Positions 52,039-61,742 of a DNA stretch of 64,000 nt are shown here, piece after piece. Below the pieces are notes generated by a model. The model was not told where the DNA came from and did not search any database. It saw only the letters and a list, made by a program, of their open reading frames with translations. Positions within the stretch are counted from its first letter, which is position 1, and each line of letters begins with the position of its first letter. Made by a program: the position numbers and the translations under genes. The DNA comes from Acidimicrobiales bacterium (GTDB lineage Bacteria; Actinomycetota; Acidimicrobiia; Acidimicrobiales; Palsa-688): assembly GCA_035533095.1 (NCBI GenBank), contig DATLUM010000012.1:61-64060 (forward strand), given 5' to 3'.

Positions 52039-54444
52039 CTATGACAGGGCGCACGTCCCTTGCCAACCGCCGGAGAAGTACGGCGGGGGCGCCAAGCCCG
52101 AAGGCGGCTGAGCCACCAGCGTGACGAGACCGTCGGCCGCCATGAAATCCGACTTCTGCTCCTGAGCGGCGCACGCCCGTCTCGGCGCCTCGTGCGGGTC
52201 GCCCCCGGTGAAGTTGGGTACGTCGGACGGCGGCGGGGGATCGGTGCCGTACTGATCGGCGCCGACCGGGCCCGCGTCGAAGAACACCATCGCCGAACCG
52301 GGATACGTGTCCGATGTGATCGCCGGCAGCCCCCACGAGGGATCTGAGGAGGAGTAGCAGTACGCGCCCGACGGGTCGTTGCCGCCGCACAACCTCGACG
52401 GGTCGAGCGCCGGCGCAAACGTCGCGGCTCCGATGCTCCGGGCCTCGTCCTCGGCGGTCACGTCAGCCACCTGATGGTCACCCCATGCGACCTGCATCAG
52501 GACCTGGTGGTCCGGGGTGTCGGGAAGCAGGCCGCCGGAAGCCGTTGACGTCATGTGGGTCGCGTAGCCGTTCGGGTCGGCGCGGTCCCACAGCGTCTGG
52601 ATCAGGTCGAGGGTCAGCTGCCGCTCCGACTGGTCCGGGTAGAAGAGGTCGAACAGGTTCGAGTACCCCAACCCGCCGGTCGGGTTGGAGGGGGTGATCG
52701 ACAGCAGCGACGACGGTCCCAGCGGCGAGGTGGCGACGTAGTCGCTGGAGCGCGGCAGGAGGACCGCGTAGTCCATGCCGGGCACACCCAGGCTGCAGTG
52801 CTTCACGTCGACGGAGATCGCGCAGACCGTTCCGCCGTAGATTCCGCCCTGGCTGTTGCCGTCGTAGTACACATCGCTCGTGTCTATGAACGACGCCGAA
52901 CTGCCGGGATAGCGGAAGGCACCGTTCGAGGCGAACCCGTCCGGGTGGATCATCAGTCGCTGCAGGTACAGGAAGTTCAGCTCTCCCTGCAGGGTCCGGT
53001 CGATGAGCAGCGAGAAGTTCGACAGGTCCGACAGTGCGAGCACGGCGTTGGGTATGTCAGCGTCGGCGAAACCGAACCAGTCAGTGGCGCAGTACATCAT
53101 CCCGAAACGACCGGCCATCTCCTCCTGCGGGCTCGCTGTCACCTCGCTGTCACTGCCGAACAGGCCGTGGCCGTATTCGACCGGTCTCATCAATGCCGTG
53201 CCCCAGCCCTTCTGCCCGACGATGCAGATGAAGCCCGCCTGGTACGTCTGTCCCGGCACCTGGCTGGGAGTTGCATAAAGGTTGGTCGGGTCGAGAGCGA
53301 ACTCGCCCGGTGACGGGCAGTCGTCGAAGGGCGTGCCGGCCGGAGTCGGTGCAGTCAATGTCTCGCACTTGACCGGGGGCGAGCAGGTGGGCGCCACGTA
53401 GCAAGGGACGGTGAATGTCCCGGTGATCTCACGGGCCACGTAGGGGTTCTGGGACGTCGTGTAGTCCGCCACCGACGAGACGGTGAAGGCCGGTGCCTTG
53501 CTGGACGGCGTCACGACGCCGGCCTTCATGTCGGCGGTCGTCTGGCCGAGCTGGCCCAACGCGTCGTTGCGCATCGAGACCAGCCTGCTCGTCACGCTCT
53601 CGGTGCTGGCTGTGGTGAAATCCCATGCCAGGTACAGGTCGGAGCGAGCCCAGCCGGCCTCGGACAGGTCGGCGAAAATCCCGTTCATGTGGGCCGTGCG
53701 GGGATCGAGCGAACCGGCTGTCCCGTCCCTGTAGGCCTTGAAAGCTGGTGAAGGTGCCACGACGGTCCCGTCGTCGGCGTGGACGTGGCGCAAGGCCACG
53801 ATGTAACGATGACCGTCAAGCAGGTTCTCGGCGGGGTGGATCATCAGATCCTGCTGCACCGAGCCGACTGCACCCGCCGGCAGAAGCCCGGCTTCCGAGG
53901 TGTACTGGTCGACCTCTGCCCAGACCGGCCATGTCTGACCGGTGTCAGCGTCGAGAAGGATCACGCCCGTGTCAGGCGCTGCGTTGGCCGACATACTCGT
54001 GTCGGTCGGGATGCCGGACGCCACGAGGTCGGCGTTCTTGGTCACGCCGGGGAGGACGGTCAGTATCTGCGCGCCGGCGCTGAAACCGTCGCTCCAGTCG
54101 TTCCAGGATGACGGGTCGATCGGCTTGCCCTCGGCGTTGCGCGGCATGGCCAGCGGGTTGAGGTTCAGCTTCCGCCCGGTGAGGCTGGTCGGGTCGTAGC
54201 TGGTGAGCCAGTCGTCGGGATAGGGGAGCATGCACTGCTGCGGCACGAGCGGGTCGCAGCCCTGCGGGTTGGTGGCGTACCCGGGACTGGAAGGGTCGGC
54301 CCAACCGCTCCAGTTGTCGTGGTCGTGGTTGACCCACGAGCCCTGAACCGCACCCGATGCCGGCACGAAGTAGACGCCCAACCATGCGAGCGCCAGCGCG
54401 CCGACGGCGAGACGAACGGATCTTTCCCCCAGCTTCCCCAGCAT
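52039..54444 (-). CDS. secreted 801-aa protein with an alpha/beta-hydrolase-type nucleophile elbow
   Basis: N-terminal signal anchor. YDGNSQGGIYGG (G-x-S-x-G). Family not recognised. Confidence 0.65.
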   Translation of the reverse strand: MLGKLGERSVRLAVGALALAWLGVYFVPASGAVQGSWVNHDHDNWSGWADPSSPGYATNPQGCDPLVPQQCMLPYPDDWLTSYDPTSLTGRKLNLNPLAMPRNAEGKPIDPSSWNDWSDGFSAGAQILTVLPGVTKNADLVASGIPTDTSMSANAAPDTGVILLDADTGQTWPVWAEVDQYTSEAGLLPAGAVGSVQQDLMIHPAENLLDGHRYIVALRHVHADDGTVVAPSPAFKAYRDGTAGSLDPRTAHMNGIFADLSEAGWARSDLYLAWDFTTASTESVTSRLVSMRNDALGQLGQTTADMKAGVVTPSSKAPAFTVSSVADYTTSQNPYVAREITGTFTVPCYVAPTCSPPVKCETLTAPTPAGTPFDDCPSPGEFALDPTNLYATPSQVPGQTYQAGFICIVGQKGWGTALMRPVEYGHGLFGSDSEVTASPQEEMAGRFGMMYCATDWFGFADADIPNAVLALSDLSNFSLLIDRTLQGELNFLYLQRLMIHPDGFASNGAFRYPGSSASFIDTSDVYYDGNSQGGIYGGTVCAISVDVKHCSLGVPGMDYAVLLPRSSDYVATSPLGPSSLLSITPSNPTGGLGYSNLFDLFYPDQSERQLTLDLIQTLWDRADPNGYATHMTSTASGGLLPDTPDHQVLMQVAWGDHQVADVTAEDEARSIGAATFAPALDPSRLCGGNDPSGAYCYSSSDPSWGLPAITSDTYPGSAMVFFDAGPVGADQYGTDPPPPSDVPNFTGGDPHEAPRRACAAQEQKSDFMAADGLVTLVAQPPSGLAPPPYFSGGWQGTCALS

Positions 54445-54512
54445 GCCTACTCTCCTTCGAAAAAAGAGAAAACCGTGTAGCGGCCAGAGCCTATCTGTAC
54501 AGTCACTGGACG

Positions 54513-56081
54513 ATGGCTAGACGGCTCCTGGTGGTGGCCTTCGTGGTGGCGGCCGCTCTAGCGGGATGCACGCCGGGCGCCGTGAAGCACCTGTCCCATC
54601 AGCAGACCCGGCCTGAGGAACAGCCAGCTTCGGTGCACCTGTCGTCCTACGGCGGCGGGTCGGTAGTGACGGCCGCGGCGAGCACCGCAACGGGCCGCGG
54701 CTACTGGGTGGCGACCACCGACGGCACTGTGACGCCCGAAGGGGACGCGGTCGCGCACGGCGATGCCGCGTCGCTCCAGCTCGGTGCACCGATCGTGAGC
54801 ATCACGGCGACGAGGAGCGGCAACGGCTACTGGCTCCTCGGCGGCGACGGCGGCGTGTTCAACTTCGGCGACGCGCGCTTCTACGGATCGATGGGAGGGG
54901 CGCACCTCAACGGCCAGGCACTGCAGATAGTCGGCACCCCGTCGGGCGACGGATACTGGTTCGTGGCGCGTGACGGCGGGGTGTTCAACTTCGGCGACGC
55001 CCGGTTCTACGGCTCGACCGGATCGATCCGGCTGAACCGGCCCGTCGACGGCATGGCGGCGACGCCTTCAGGGCAGGGTTACTGGCTCGTGGCGCGTGAC
55101 GGCGGCGTGTTCAACTTCGGCGACGCCGGGTTCTACGGTTCGACGGGCTCTATCCGCCTCAACCAGCCCGTGGTGGGCATGGCAGCCACGCCTTCAGGGC
55201 AGGGCTACTGGCTCGTGGCACGCGACGGCGGGATCTTCAACTTCGGGGATGCACCCTTCCTCGGGTCGGACGGTGCCAGCAAGCTGCCCGCCCCCGCCAT
55301 CGGCATGATCGCCAGTCCTGACGGCGGTGGCTACTGGATCTTGCTCGGCAACGGGCAGGTTCACGCTTTCGGTGACGCTGCGGCGTTGCAGGTCCCGCCG
55401 TTCCAGACGACCGGCTACTCGCTCGCCGGCCAGGTCGTCGCCATCGACCCGGGCCACAACGGCGGCAACGGATCCGACCCCGCGTACATCAACCAACTGG
55501 TATGGAACGGGCGTGCGTACGAATCCTGTGACACCACCGGGACGGAGACGGATGCGGGGTACACCGAGGCGGCGTTCAACTTCGACGTGGCCACCCGCCT
55601 CGCCGGCGCGCTCCGCTCCGAGGGTGCGACCGTGGTCATGACCCGCGACAGCAACGGTGGGGTCGGGCCGTGCATAACCCAGCGGGCCGCCATCGGCAAC
55701 TCGTCAGGGGCGGACGCGATGTTCGATATACACGCCGATGGCGGGCCGGCCGGCGGGTATGGCTTCGCCGTCCTCGAACCGGTCGCCGATGGGCCCAACG
55801 ACGGAGTCATCTCCTCGTCCGACACCCTCGCCTCCATCACCCGCGACACGTTCGAAGCGGTCACAGGTGAGTCGGTCAGCACGTACGACGGTGTCAACGG
55901 TCTCCAACCGCGTGGCGACCTAGCCGGCCTCAACCTCACCACCGTGCCGAAGGTGCTGATCGAATGCGCCAACATGCGCAACGCCGGGGACGCCGCGAAG
56001 GTCTCCGACCCGGGCTGGCGGCAGACCGCCGCGACCGCCTTGGCCGAGAGCGCGTCCCGCTTCCTCATCGGCTATCCCTAA
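54513..56081 (+). CDS. lipoprotein with six ~42-aa GYW...DGGVFNFGDA repeats fused to an N-acetylmuramoyl-L-alanine amidase (Amidase_3) domain
   Basis: Lipobox AAALAGC. Repeats listed under the repeat feature. C-terminal VVAIDPGHNGG...FDIHADG...ECANMRN is amidase_3-like. Confidence 0.85.
   Translation: MARRLLVVAFVVAAALAGCTPGAVKHLSHQQTRPEEQPASVHLSSYGGGSVVTAAASTATGRGYWVATTDGTVTPEGDAVAHGDAASLQLGAPIVSITATRSGNGYWLLGGDGGVFNFGDARFYGSMGGAHLNGQALQIVGTPSGDGYWFVARDGGVFNFGDARFYGSTGSIRLNRPVDGMAATPSGQGYWLVARDGGVFNFGDAGFYGSTGSIRLNQPVVGMAATPSGQGYWLVARDGGIFNFGDAPFLGSDGASKLPAPAIGMIASPDGGGYWILLGNGQVHAFGDAAALQVPPFQTTGYSLAGQVVAIDPGHNGGNGSDPAYINQLVWNGRAYESCDTTGTETDAGYTEAAFNFDVATRLAGALRSEGATVVMTRDSNGGVGPCITQRAAIGNSSGADAMFDIHADGGPAGGYGFAVLEPVADGPNDGVISSSDTLASITRDTFEAVTGESVSTYDGVNGLQPRGDLAGLNLTTVPKVLIECANMRNAGDAAKVSDPGWRQTAATALAESASRFLIGYP
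54693..55398 (+). repeat. tandem ~126-nt coding repeats (six units; units starting at 54951, 55077 and 55203 are closest to each other)
   Basis: GYWFVARDGGVFNFGDARFYGSTGSIRLNRPVDGMAATPSGQ, then GYWLVARDGGVFNFGDAGFYGSTGSIRLNQPVVGMAATPSGQ, then GYWLVARDGGIFNFGDAPFLGSDG... Confidence 0.8.
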
Positions 56082-56132
56082 AGAACCTCTTCAGGACGGG
56101 CACCCCCCGGCGGGGCGGTCGTAGAGTGCGGC

Positions 56133-57302
56133 ATGGACTGGCCCCTTCGCTTCGGCATCTTCCTCGCACCGTTCCATCCCGCCGGGCAAAACCCGACGCT
56201 CGCCCTGGAGCGCGACATGGAGCTGATCGTCCGCCTGGACCAACTCGGCTACGACGAGGCCTGGATCGGCGAGCATCATTCGGCAGGCTTCGAGATCGTC
56301 GCCTCGCCCGAGGTGTTCATCGGTGCTGTCTCGCAGCGGACCCGCCACATCAAACTGGGGACCGGTGTCAGTTCGCTGCCGTATCACCATCCGCTGATCC
56401 TGGCGGACCGCATGGTGCTGCTCGATCACATCACGAGGGGCAGGGTGATGTTCGGGGTAGGACCGGGCGCGCTACCTTCCGACGCCTTCATGATGGGCAT
56501 CGACCCGAACAGGCAGAGAGAGATGATGGAGGAGTCGCTGGAGGCGATCCTCGCGCTGCTCACGACAGACGAGCCGGTGAACATGCAGACCGACTGGTTC
56601 ACCCTCCGCGACGCCCGCCTGCAACTGCGCCCGTATACGCACCCGCGCTTCGAGGTGGCCGTGGCAGCGCAGGTTTCGCCGGCAGGGCCGAGGGCAGCCG
56701 GGCGGTTCGGGGTGTCGCTGCTCTCGTTGGGAGCGACGACCGCCGGCGGCTTCGATGTCCTCGGCGCCCATTGGGAGACATGTGAGGAACGTGCCGCCAA
56801 GTTCGGTACCACGGTCGACAGACGCTCGTGGCGCCTCGTCGGTCCGATGCACATCCGCGAGACCGAGGAGCAGGCGCGCGCCGATGTCGAGCACGGTCTC
56901 GCCGACTGGGTCCGCTACTTCCAGGAGGTGGCCGCTCTTCCGATCGCACCCCCGACCGACGACCACACCACCCTTCTGGAAGCCATGAACGCCTCCGGCA
57001 TCGCCGTGATCGGAACACCCGACATGGCGGCTGCACAGATCGAGCGGCTGATCGAGCAGTCGGGCGGGTTCGGTACCTATCTGTTCATGGCGCACGAGTG
57101 GGCCGACCGCCAGGCGACCCTCTCGTCATACGAGCTGTTCGCCAAGGAGGTCATGCCGAGGTTCCAGCGCTCCTCGGAGAGGGCAGTCCGGTCGCGCGAC
57201 TGGGCTGCGGCCAACCGGCCGGAGTTCATGGGCGCCGCCATCAACGCGGTAGGCAAGGCGATCACGGACCACCTGGCAGAGAAGCAGGCGACCACCGCCT
57301 AA
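56133..57302 (+). CDS. LLM-class (luciferase-like) flavin/F420-dependent oxidoreductase
   Basis: LDQLGYDEAWIGEHH and a TIM-barrel LLM pattern, 389 aa. Confidence 0.85.
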   Translation: MDWPLRFGIFLAPFHPAGQNPTLALERDMELIVRLDQLGYDEAWIGEHHSAGFEIVASPEVFIGAVSQRTRHIKLGTGVSSLPYHHPLILADRMVLLDHITRGRVMFGVGPGALPSDAFMMGIDPNRQREMMEESLEAILALLTTDEPVNMQTDWFTLRDARLQLRPYTHPRFEVAVAAQVSPAGPRAAGRFGVSLLSLGATTAGGFDVLGAHWETCEERAAKFGTTVDRRSWRLVGPMHIRETEEQARADVEHGLADWVRYFQEVAALPIAPPTDDHTTLLEAMNASGIAVIGTPDMAAAQIERLIEQSGGFGTYLFMAHEWADRQATLSSYELFAKEVMPRFQRSSERAVRSRDWAAANRPEFMGAAINAVGKAITDHLAEKQATTA

Positions 57303-57320
57303 AAGGTCCTGCGCACGTCT

Positions 57321-58355
57321 TCAGGGCACGACCAGGATCTTGCAGTGCCGGTCCGGTTCGGCCAGCTCCGCGAACGCCCCAGGTACCCCGTCTACTGGTA
57401 CCTCTCCGCTGATGATCGGACCCACGTCTATCCGCCCCTCGGCGATGGCCAGCAGTGAATCGTTGAATTCCTGTGGGTCGTAACCAAGCACGAAGCGGAT
57501 GTCGATCTCCTTGCTGATCGCCCAGAAGGGGACGACCGAGTCGCTGCCCATGCACACACCGACGACCACGACGCGGCTGTTCAGGGGAGCGGCCCGCAGG
57601 ATCTCGTTGATCATTCCGGGTACGCCGACCGCCTCGAAGACAACCAGCTGGCGGCCGCCCCCCGTTCGCTGCCATGCGTCCCACGAGGGTTCCTCGGCCG
57701 GGTCGACGCTCTCGTGCGCCCCCACCGTCAGGGCGAGCTCCCGCCGAACCGTCGAGAAGTCGGCCGCGACGATCGGCTCGATACCCCGGAGCTTCAACGC
57801 CGCGATCACGGCGATGCCTATCGGTCCGCAGCCCAGGACCAGTGCACCCTCGCCCTGTGCGATGTGTGACCGGTTGACGGCGTGCAAACCGACCGCCATC
57901 GGCTCGGTCAGGGCGGCCCGCTTGGCGTCGAGCCCGTTCGGCACTACCTGCAGCAGGGGCGCGGAGAGGAGCATCCTCTGGCTGTAGCCGCACGGAAAGT
58001 CGTTGCTGTAGACCAGAGTTTCCACCCCGCTCATGGTCACCATTACCGGCAACGATGTAACGAGGGTCCCAGCCGGGGGCGATTCGGTATCCGGTCCCGC
58101 TTCGACAACCTCTGCCGCGAACTCATGGCCCATGAACACGTCGCGCCCGAGATCCGTGCGGGCGTCCCCGAACTCGGGAAGCCCACGCATCTCGCCGGCC
58201 AGGCGCAGCATCTCCTCGCCGTGCTTTACGAAGTGCAGGTCGGATCCGCAGATCCCGCACGCCTTCACATCGACGAGCACCTGACCGAATGACGGCCGGG
58301 GGTCGGCGAACTCGTCCACCACCACATGGCCCTGGCGAAGAACGGCTGCCTTCAT
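57321..58355 (-). CDS. zinc-dependent dehydrogenase (MDR family, sorbitol/threonine dehydrogenase-like)
   Basis: MKAAVLRQG..., ACGICGSDLH, GHEFAAEV, GCGPIGIA. ATG 58355 lies inside the longer ORF. Confidence 0.9.
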   Translation of the reverse strand: MKAAVLRQGHVVVDEFADPRPSFGQVLVDVKACGICGSDLHFVKHGEEMLRLAGEMRGLPEFGDARTDLGRDVFMGHEFAAEVVEAGPDTESPPAGTLVTSLPVMVTMSGVETLVYSNDFPCGYSQRMLLSAPLLQVVPNGLDAKRAALTEPMAVGLHAVNRSHIAQGEGALVLGCGPIGIAVIAALKLRGIEPIVAADFSTVRRELALTVGAHESVDPAEEPSWDAWQRTGGGRQLVVFEAVGVPGMINEILRAAPLNSRVVVVGVCMGSDSVVPFWAISKEIDIRFVLGYDPQEFNDSLLAIAEGRIDVGPIISGEVPVDGVPGAFAELAEPDRHCKILVVP

Positions 58356-58444
58356 GGCCCAACTCTCTTCATGACCGGTCTTTCTAGCGGAGCCGGCCCA
58401 GAAGGCGTAGATCGGTATGCCGATCAGGAGCAGGTGCATCGATA

Positions 58445-58458
58445 GGGCCGTTGGGCCC
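58445..58458. promoter_or_regulatory. DosR-box-like palindrome GGGCCGTTGGGCCC
   Basis: Fits GGGNC-NWWN-GNCCC with a TA flank. In the gap between the ADH (minus) and arcA (plus). Confidence 0.5.
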
Positions 58459-58506
58459 CATCCCGGGTATTCACGACTGCAATCGGACGGGCTAGTGCTT
58501 CTTGTA

Positions 58507-58520
58507 GGGCCCTTAGCCCC
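58507..58520. promoter_or_regulatory. DosR-box-like palindrome GGGCCCTTAGCCCC (TA flanks on both sides)
   Basis: TAGGGCCCTTAGCCCCTA, 55 nt upstream of the arcA ATG. Confidence 0.5.
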
Positions 58521-58574
58521 TAACCCTGCGGCGGCGGTCTTCTTAGCGTCGACAGTGAAACGGAGGAACTGGCA

Positions 58575-59855
58575 ATGAACGCTTCGCTGTCCTCTTTCAA
58601 CGTCCAATCAGAGGTCGGAATCCTGCGCAAGGCTGTCGTGCACAGACCGGGGCTGGAATTGGCCCGTCTCAGTCCCAGCAATGTTGGCAGCCTTCTCTTC
58701 GACGACGTGCTCTGGGCGAAGCGCGCCCGTGACGAGCACGACTCGTTCTGCGACACCTTGACGCAAAACCGTGTCGAGGTCCTCTACTTCGAGCAGCTGT
58801 TGGCGGAGACGCTGGACACACCCGAGGGCCGGTCATTCGTGATCGATCGGATCTGCACGCCGGAGGTTGTCGGGCCTGCTCTCGTCCGCGCGTTGCGGAC
58901 CCTCTCCGAGGGGGTGGACGGGAAGACACTCGCCACCTATCTCATCGGCGGGGTGCTGAAATCGGATCTCCATCCTCGCCTGCAGGTCGCCTCGTCGGGC
59001 CTCGGTCGCGACGAGGAGGGGTGGTCCGCGTCCGTGCAGGGCCTCACATGGGACGTGCTCGGTGACGACGACTTCGTGCTCCCGCCGTTGCCGAACCATC
59101 TGTTTCAGCGCGACAACTCGGCCTGGATCTACGGGGGTGTCTCGGTGAACCCGATGGCAAAGGCGGCGCGCCAGCGCGAATCACTCCACAGCACGGCGAT
59201 CTACCGGTACCACCCGATGTTCAAGGACGCCCGGTTCGAGTTCTGGTACGGCGGTGACGACACCGACCACCTGCCGGCTTCTGTCGAGGGCGGTGACATA
59301 CACGTCATCGGCAACGGTGCCGTTCTCATCGGCATTGGCGAGAGGACTACGCCAGCAGCCGTCGAGATCCTCGCCGGTTCGCTGTTCGCGAAGGGGGCCG
59401 CCTCCCAAGTGATCGCCGCCGAGCTCCCGCGCTCGAGGGCGTTCATGCACCTCGACACCGTCATGACGATGGTCGACTCCGACGCGTTCGTCGTGTACCC
59501 GTACCTCGATCCGTCGCTGCGGGCGTGGAGGCTCACACCGGCAGAGGGAGGCACTCTTACGGAGCGGCTGCCCGACCTGTGGGAAGCGCTGGCCGGCGCG
59601 CTCGATGTCGAGAAGATCCGGTTGCTGTCCGCAGACGAAGATCTGCGGGCCGCCGAGAGGGAGCAGTGGGACGACGGCACCAACTTCCTGGCCGTGGCTC
59701 CCGGGGTCGTCGTCGGATACGAGCGCAACGTGACCACCAATACCATGCTGCGCCGGGCCGGCATAGAGGTGATCACCGTCCCCAGCAGCGAGCTCGGCCG
59801 GGCGCGCGGCGGCCCGCGGTGCATGACCTGCCCCCTCGAGCGGGATCCGGTCTGA
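58575..59855 (+). CDS. arcA: arginine deiminase
   Basis: N-terminal [13 protein letters not shown], and [10 protein letters not shown] with the catalytic Cys near the C-terminus. 426 aa. Confidence 0.9.
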   Translation: MNASLSSFNVQSEVGILRKAVVHRPGLELARLSPSNVGSLLFDDVLWAKRARDEHDSFCDTLTQNRVEVLYFEQLLAETLDTPEGRSFVIDRICTPEVVGPALVRALRTLSEGVDGKTLATYLIGGVLKSDLHPRLQVASSGLGRDEEGWSASVQGLTWDVLGDDDFVLPPLPNHLFQRDNSAWIYGGVSVNPMAKAARQRESLHSTAIYRYHPMFKDARFEFWYGGDDTDHLPASVEGGDIHVIGNGAVLIGIGERTTPAAVEILAGSLFAKGAASQVIAAELPRSRAFMHLDTVMTMVDSDAFVVYPYLDPSLRAWRLTPAEGGTLTERLPDLWEALAGALDVEKIRLLSADEDLRAAEREQWDDGTNFLAVAPGVVVGYERNVTTNTMLRRAGIEVITVPSSELGRARGGPRCMTCPLERDPV

Positions 59856-59856
59856 G

Positions 59857-60810
59857 ATGCGCGTGGTCGTAGCGCTCGGTGGTAATGCGGTGCTCACCCG
59901 GGGAGAGGCTCCCGATGCCGACATCCAGGAGCATCACGTGCGCGCGGCCGTGCAGGCCCTGCTCCCGCTCGCGAGGGCCCACCAGCTCGTGCTCACCCAT
60001 GGCAACGGGCCGCAGGTCGGCGCGCTCGCCCTGGAATCAGCGAAAGACCCGGCACTCACGCGGCCGTACCCGCTCGACGTTCTGAGCGCGCAAACCCAGG
60101 GAATGATCGGTTACTGGCTGCTGCAGGCGCTGGACGAAGGGTCGCCGGGCACGGCTGTCGCAGCGCTCATCACCCGGACGATCGTCTCGCTATCCGACCC
60201 GGCGTTCGTCGATCCTCAGAAGTTCGTCGGCCCCGTCTACGAAGAGGACGAGGCAAGACGGATTGCGTCGCAGTCGGGTTGGATCGTCAAGGTCGACGGT
60301 CCGTACTGGCGCCGGGTCGTCGCCTCGCCATCGCCTCTGGGCATCGTCGAGATCCCCCTGATACGCACACTGGTGGACGCCGGCGTGATGGTCGTCTGCG
60401 CCGGTGGTGGGGGGATCCCGGTGTCACGTGACCCGTCCGGGAGGTTGACGGGTGTCGAAGCTGTGGTGGACAAGGACGCCACCGCAGCGCTGCTGGCCGA
60501 GCAGCTAGGAGCCGACGCCCTGTTGATGCTGACGGATGTGGCCGCAGTGTTCCGCGATTACGGCACCGACCGCGAGCGCCCGATCCATCTCACGGAACCG
60601 ACGTTCCTACGCTCGTTGCAGTTCCCCACAGGCTCGATGGGGCCGAAAGTCGATGCCGCTTGCCGTTTCGTGGAACGTACGGGAGGGATCGCCGGGATAG
60701 GAGCGCTCGCCGAAGCGGAAGCAATCCTCAAAGGCCGGGCGGGGACCCTAGTGATGCCGAGGGGCAGCAAGCCCGTGGGGCTCGTGCCGCCCGAACGGCG
60801 CTCTGATTAG
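59857..60810 (+). CDS. arcC: carbamate kinase
   Basis: MRVVVALGGNAVL..., THGNGPQVG, VCAGGGGIPV. Starts 1 nt after the arcA stop. Confidence 0.9.
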   Translation: MRVVVALGGNAVLTRGEAPDADIQEHHVRAAVQALLPLARAHQLVLTHGNGPQVGALALESAKDPALTRPYPLDVLSAQTQGMIGYWLLQALDEGSPGTAVAALITRTIVSLSDPAFVDPQKFVGPVYEEDEARRIASQSGWIVKVDGPYWRRVVASPSPLGIVEIPLIRTLVDAGVMVVCAGGGGIPVSRDPSGRLTGVEAVVDKDATAALLAEQLGADALLMLTDVAAVFRDYGTDRERPIHLTEPTFLRSLQFPTGSMGPKVDAACRFVERTGGIAGIGALAEAEAILKGRAGTLVMPRGSKPVGLVPPERRSD

Positions 60811-61212
60811 TCAGGCGGCGCCCAAGCGCCGGCCGGTCACGACGTGTGTCTGGATCCTTACCACGTGCTGGCCCGGCTGGCTCACGCGAGGTTTCGGCAG
60901 GTGCGCACACTCCGCATGATCCCGCTCCGCCATGGCTAGGCCCCGGACCAGGACGCTCCACGGGCGGCCGTCCTGGCCGATTCCATCCACCTCGAAGGCG
61001 ACCAGTTGGCCGGCGATGTGAGAGAACAGCCCCGCTCCCACCCGGAGCAGGACGCCCGGACCGCACATTGCATAATCGACTGGAAGGACCGTGGGTGCGT
61101 CCGGCCCCGAGATGCCGAGGTGGCCCGGCGAGTGTTTGGAGGCACCGATGGTCAGCAACTGCCGGCACTCGACTACGCCAAGGACATCCGATCCTCGCTC
61201 GTCTATCCACAT
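60811..61212 (-). CDS. pyridoxamine 5'-phosphate oxidase-like (split-barrel) family protein
   Basis: LPVDYAMCGPGVLLRVGAGLF...WSVLVRGLA resembles the gene at 43347-43814. Confidence 0.75.
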   Translation of the reverse strand: MWIDERGSDVLGVVECRQLLTIGASKHSPGHLGISGPDAPTVLPVDYAMCGPGVLLRVGAGLFSHIAGQLVAFEVDGIGQDGRPWSVLVRGLAMAERDHAECAHLPKPRVSQPGQHVVRIQTHVVTGRRLGAA

Positions 61213-61248
61213 TGCTGACTCGATCCGTGTGGATCTGGTGTCAGGCCG

Positions 61249-61659
61249 TCAGTTCTTGACGACGACGACGACCGGCGCGCTCGCGTGGGTCGTGACCTGC
61301 TGGCTGACCGAGCCGAGCAACAGGCCGGCGAAACCGCCGTGGCCGCGTGAGCCGACGACAAGTATCTGGGCCTCTTTCGCCAGGTCCATCAGCACTGTCG
61401 CAGGCCGGCCCCGCTGCACCACCAACTTGAACTCGAACCCCGGATCGCTCCCGAGTAGCGAGTGGACGTCCTCTTCGAGTTTCTTGTCGACGATATGGGC
61501 GAATTCCTCGTCAGAGCCGAATTCTCCGGGCGACCAGGCCCGGACCACGTCGACCTTGGCACCGCGCAGCCGTGCTTCCTCCGCGGCCCACAGGAGCGCC
61601 TTCTGGGATCCCTCGGAGCCGTCGAAGCCGACAACCATGCGCAGGCTGGGTGCTGTCAT
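61249..61659 (-). CDS. universal stress protein
   Basis: MVVGFDGSEGSQKALLWAA...ILVVGSRGHGGFAGLLLGSVSQQVTTHASAPVVVV. Confidence 0.9.
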   Translation of the reverse strand: MTAPSLRMVVGFDGSEGSQKALLWAAEEARLRGAKVDVVRAWSPGEFGSDEEFAHIVDKKLEEDVHSLLGSDPGFEFKLVVQRGRPATVLMDLAKEAQILVVGSRGHGGFAGLLLGSVSQQVTTHASAPVVVVVKN

Positions 61660-61742
61660 TTGTGCACCTCCTTGCTTGTCATGGGCGAATCCAAGGCGGA
61701 CCGCCTACGACGATTGTCCGTCCGGGCTCTTCGGCGGAGGTA

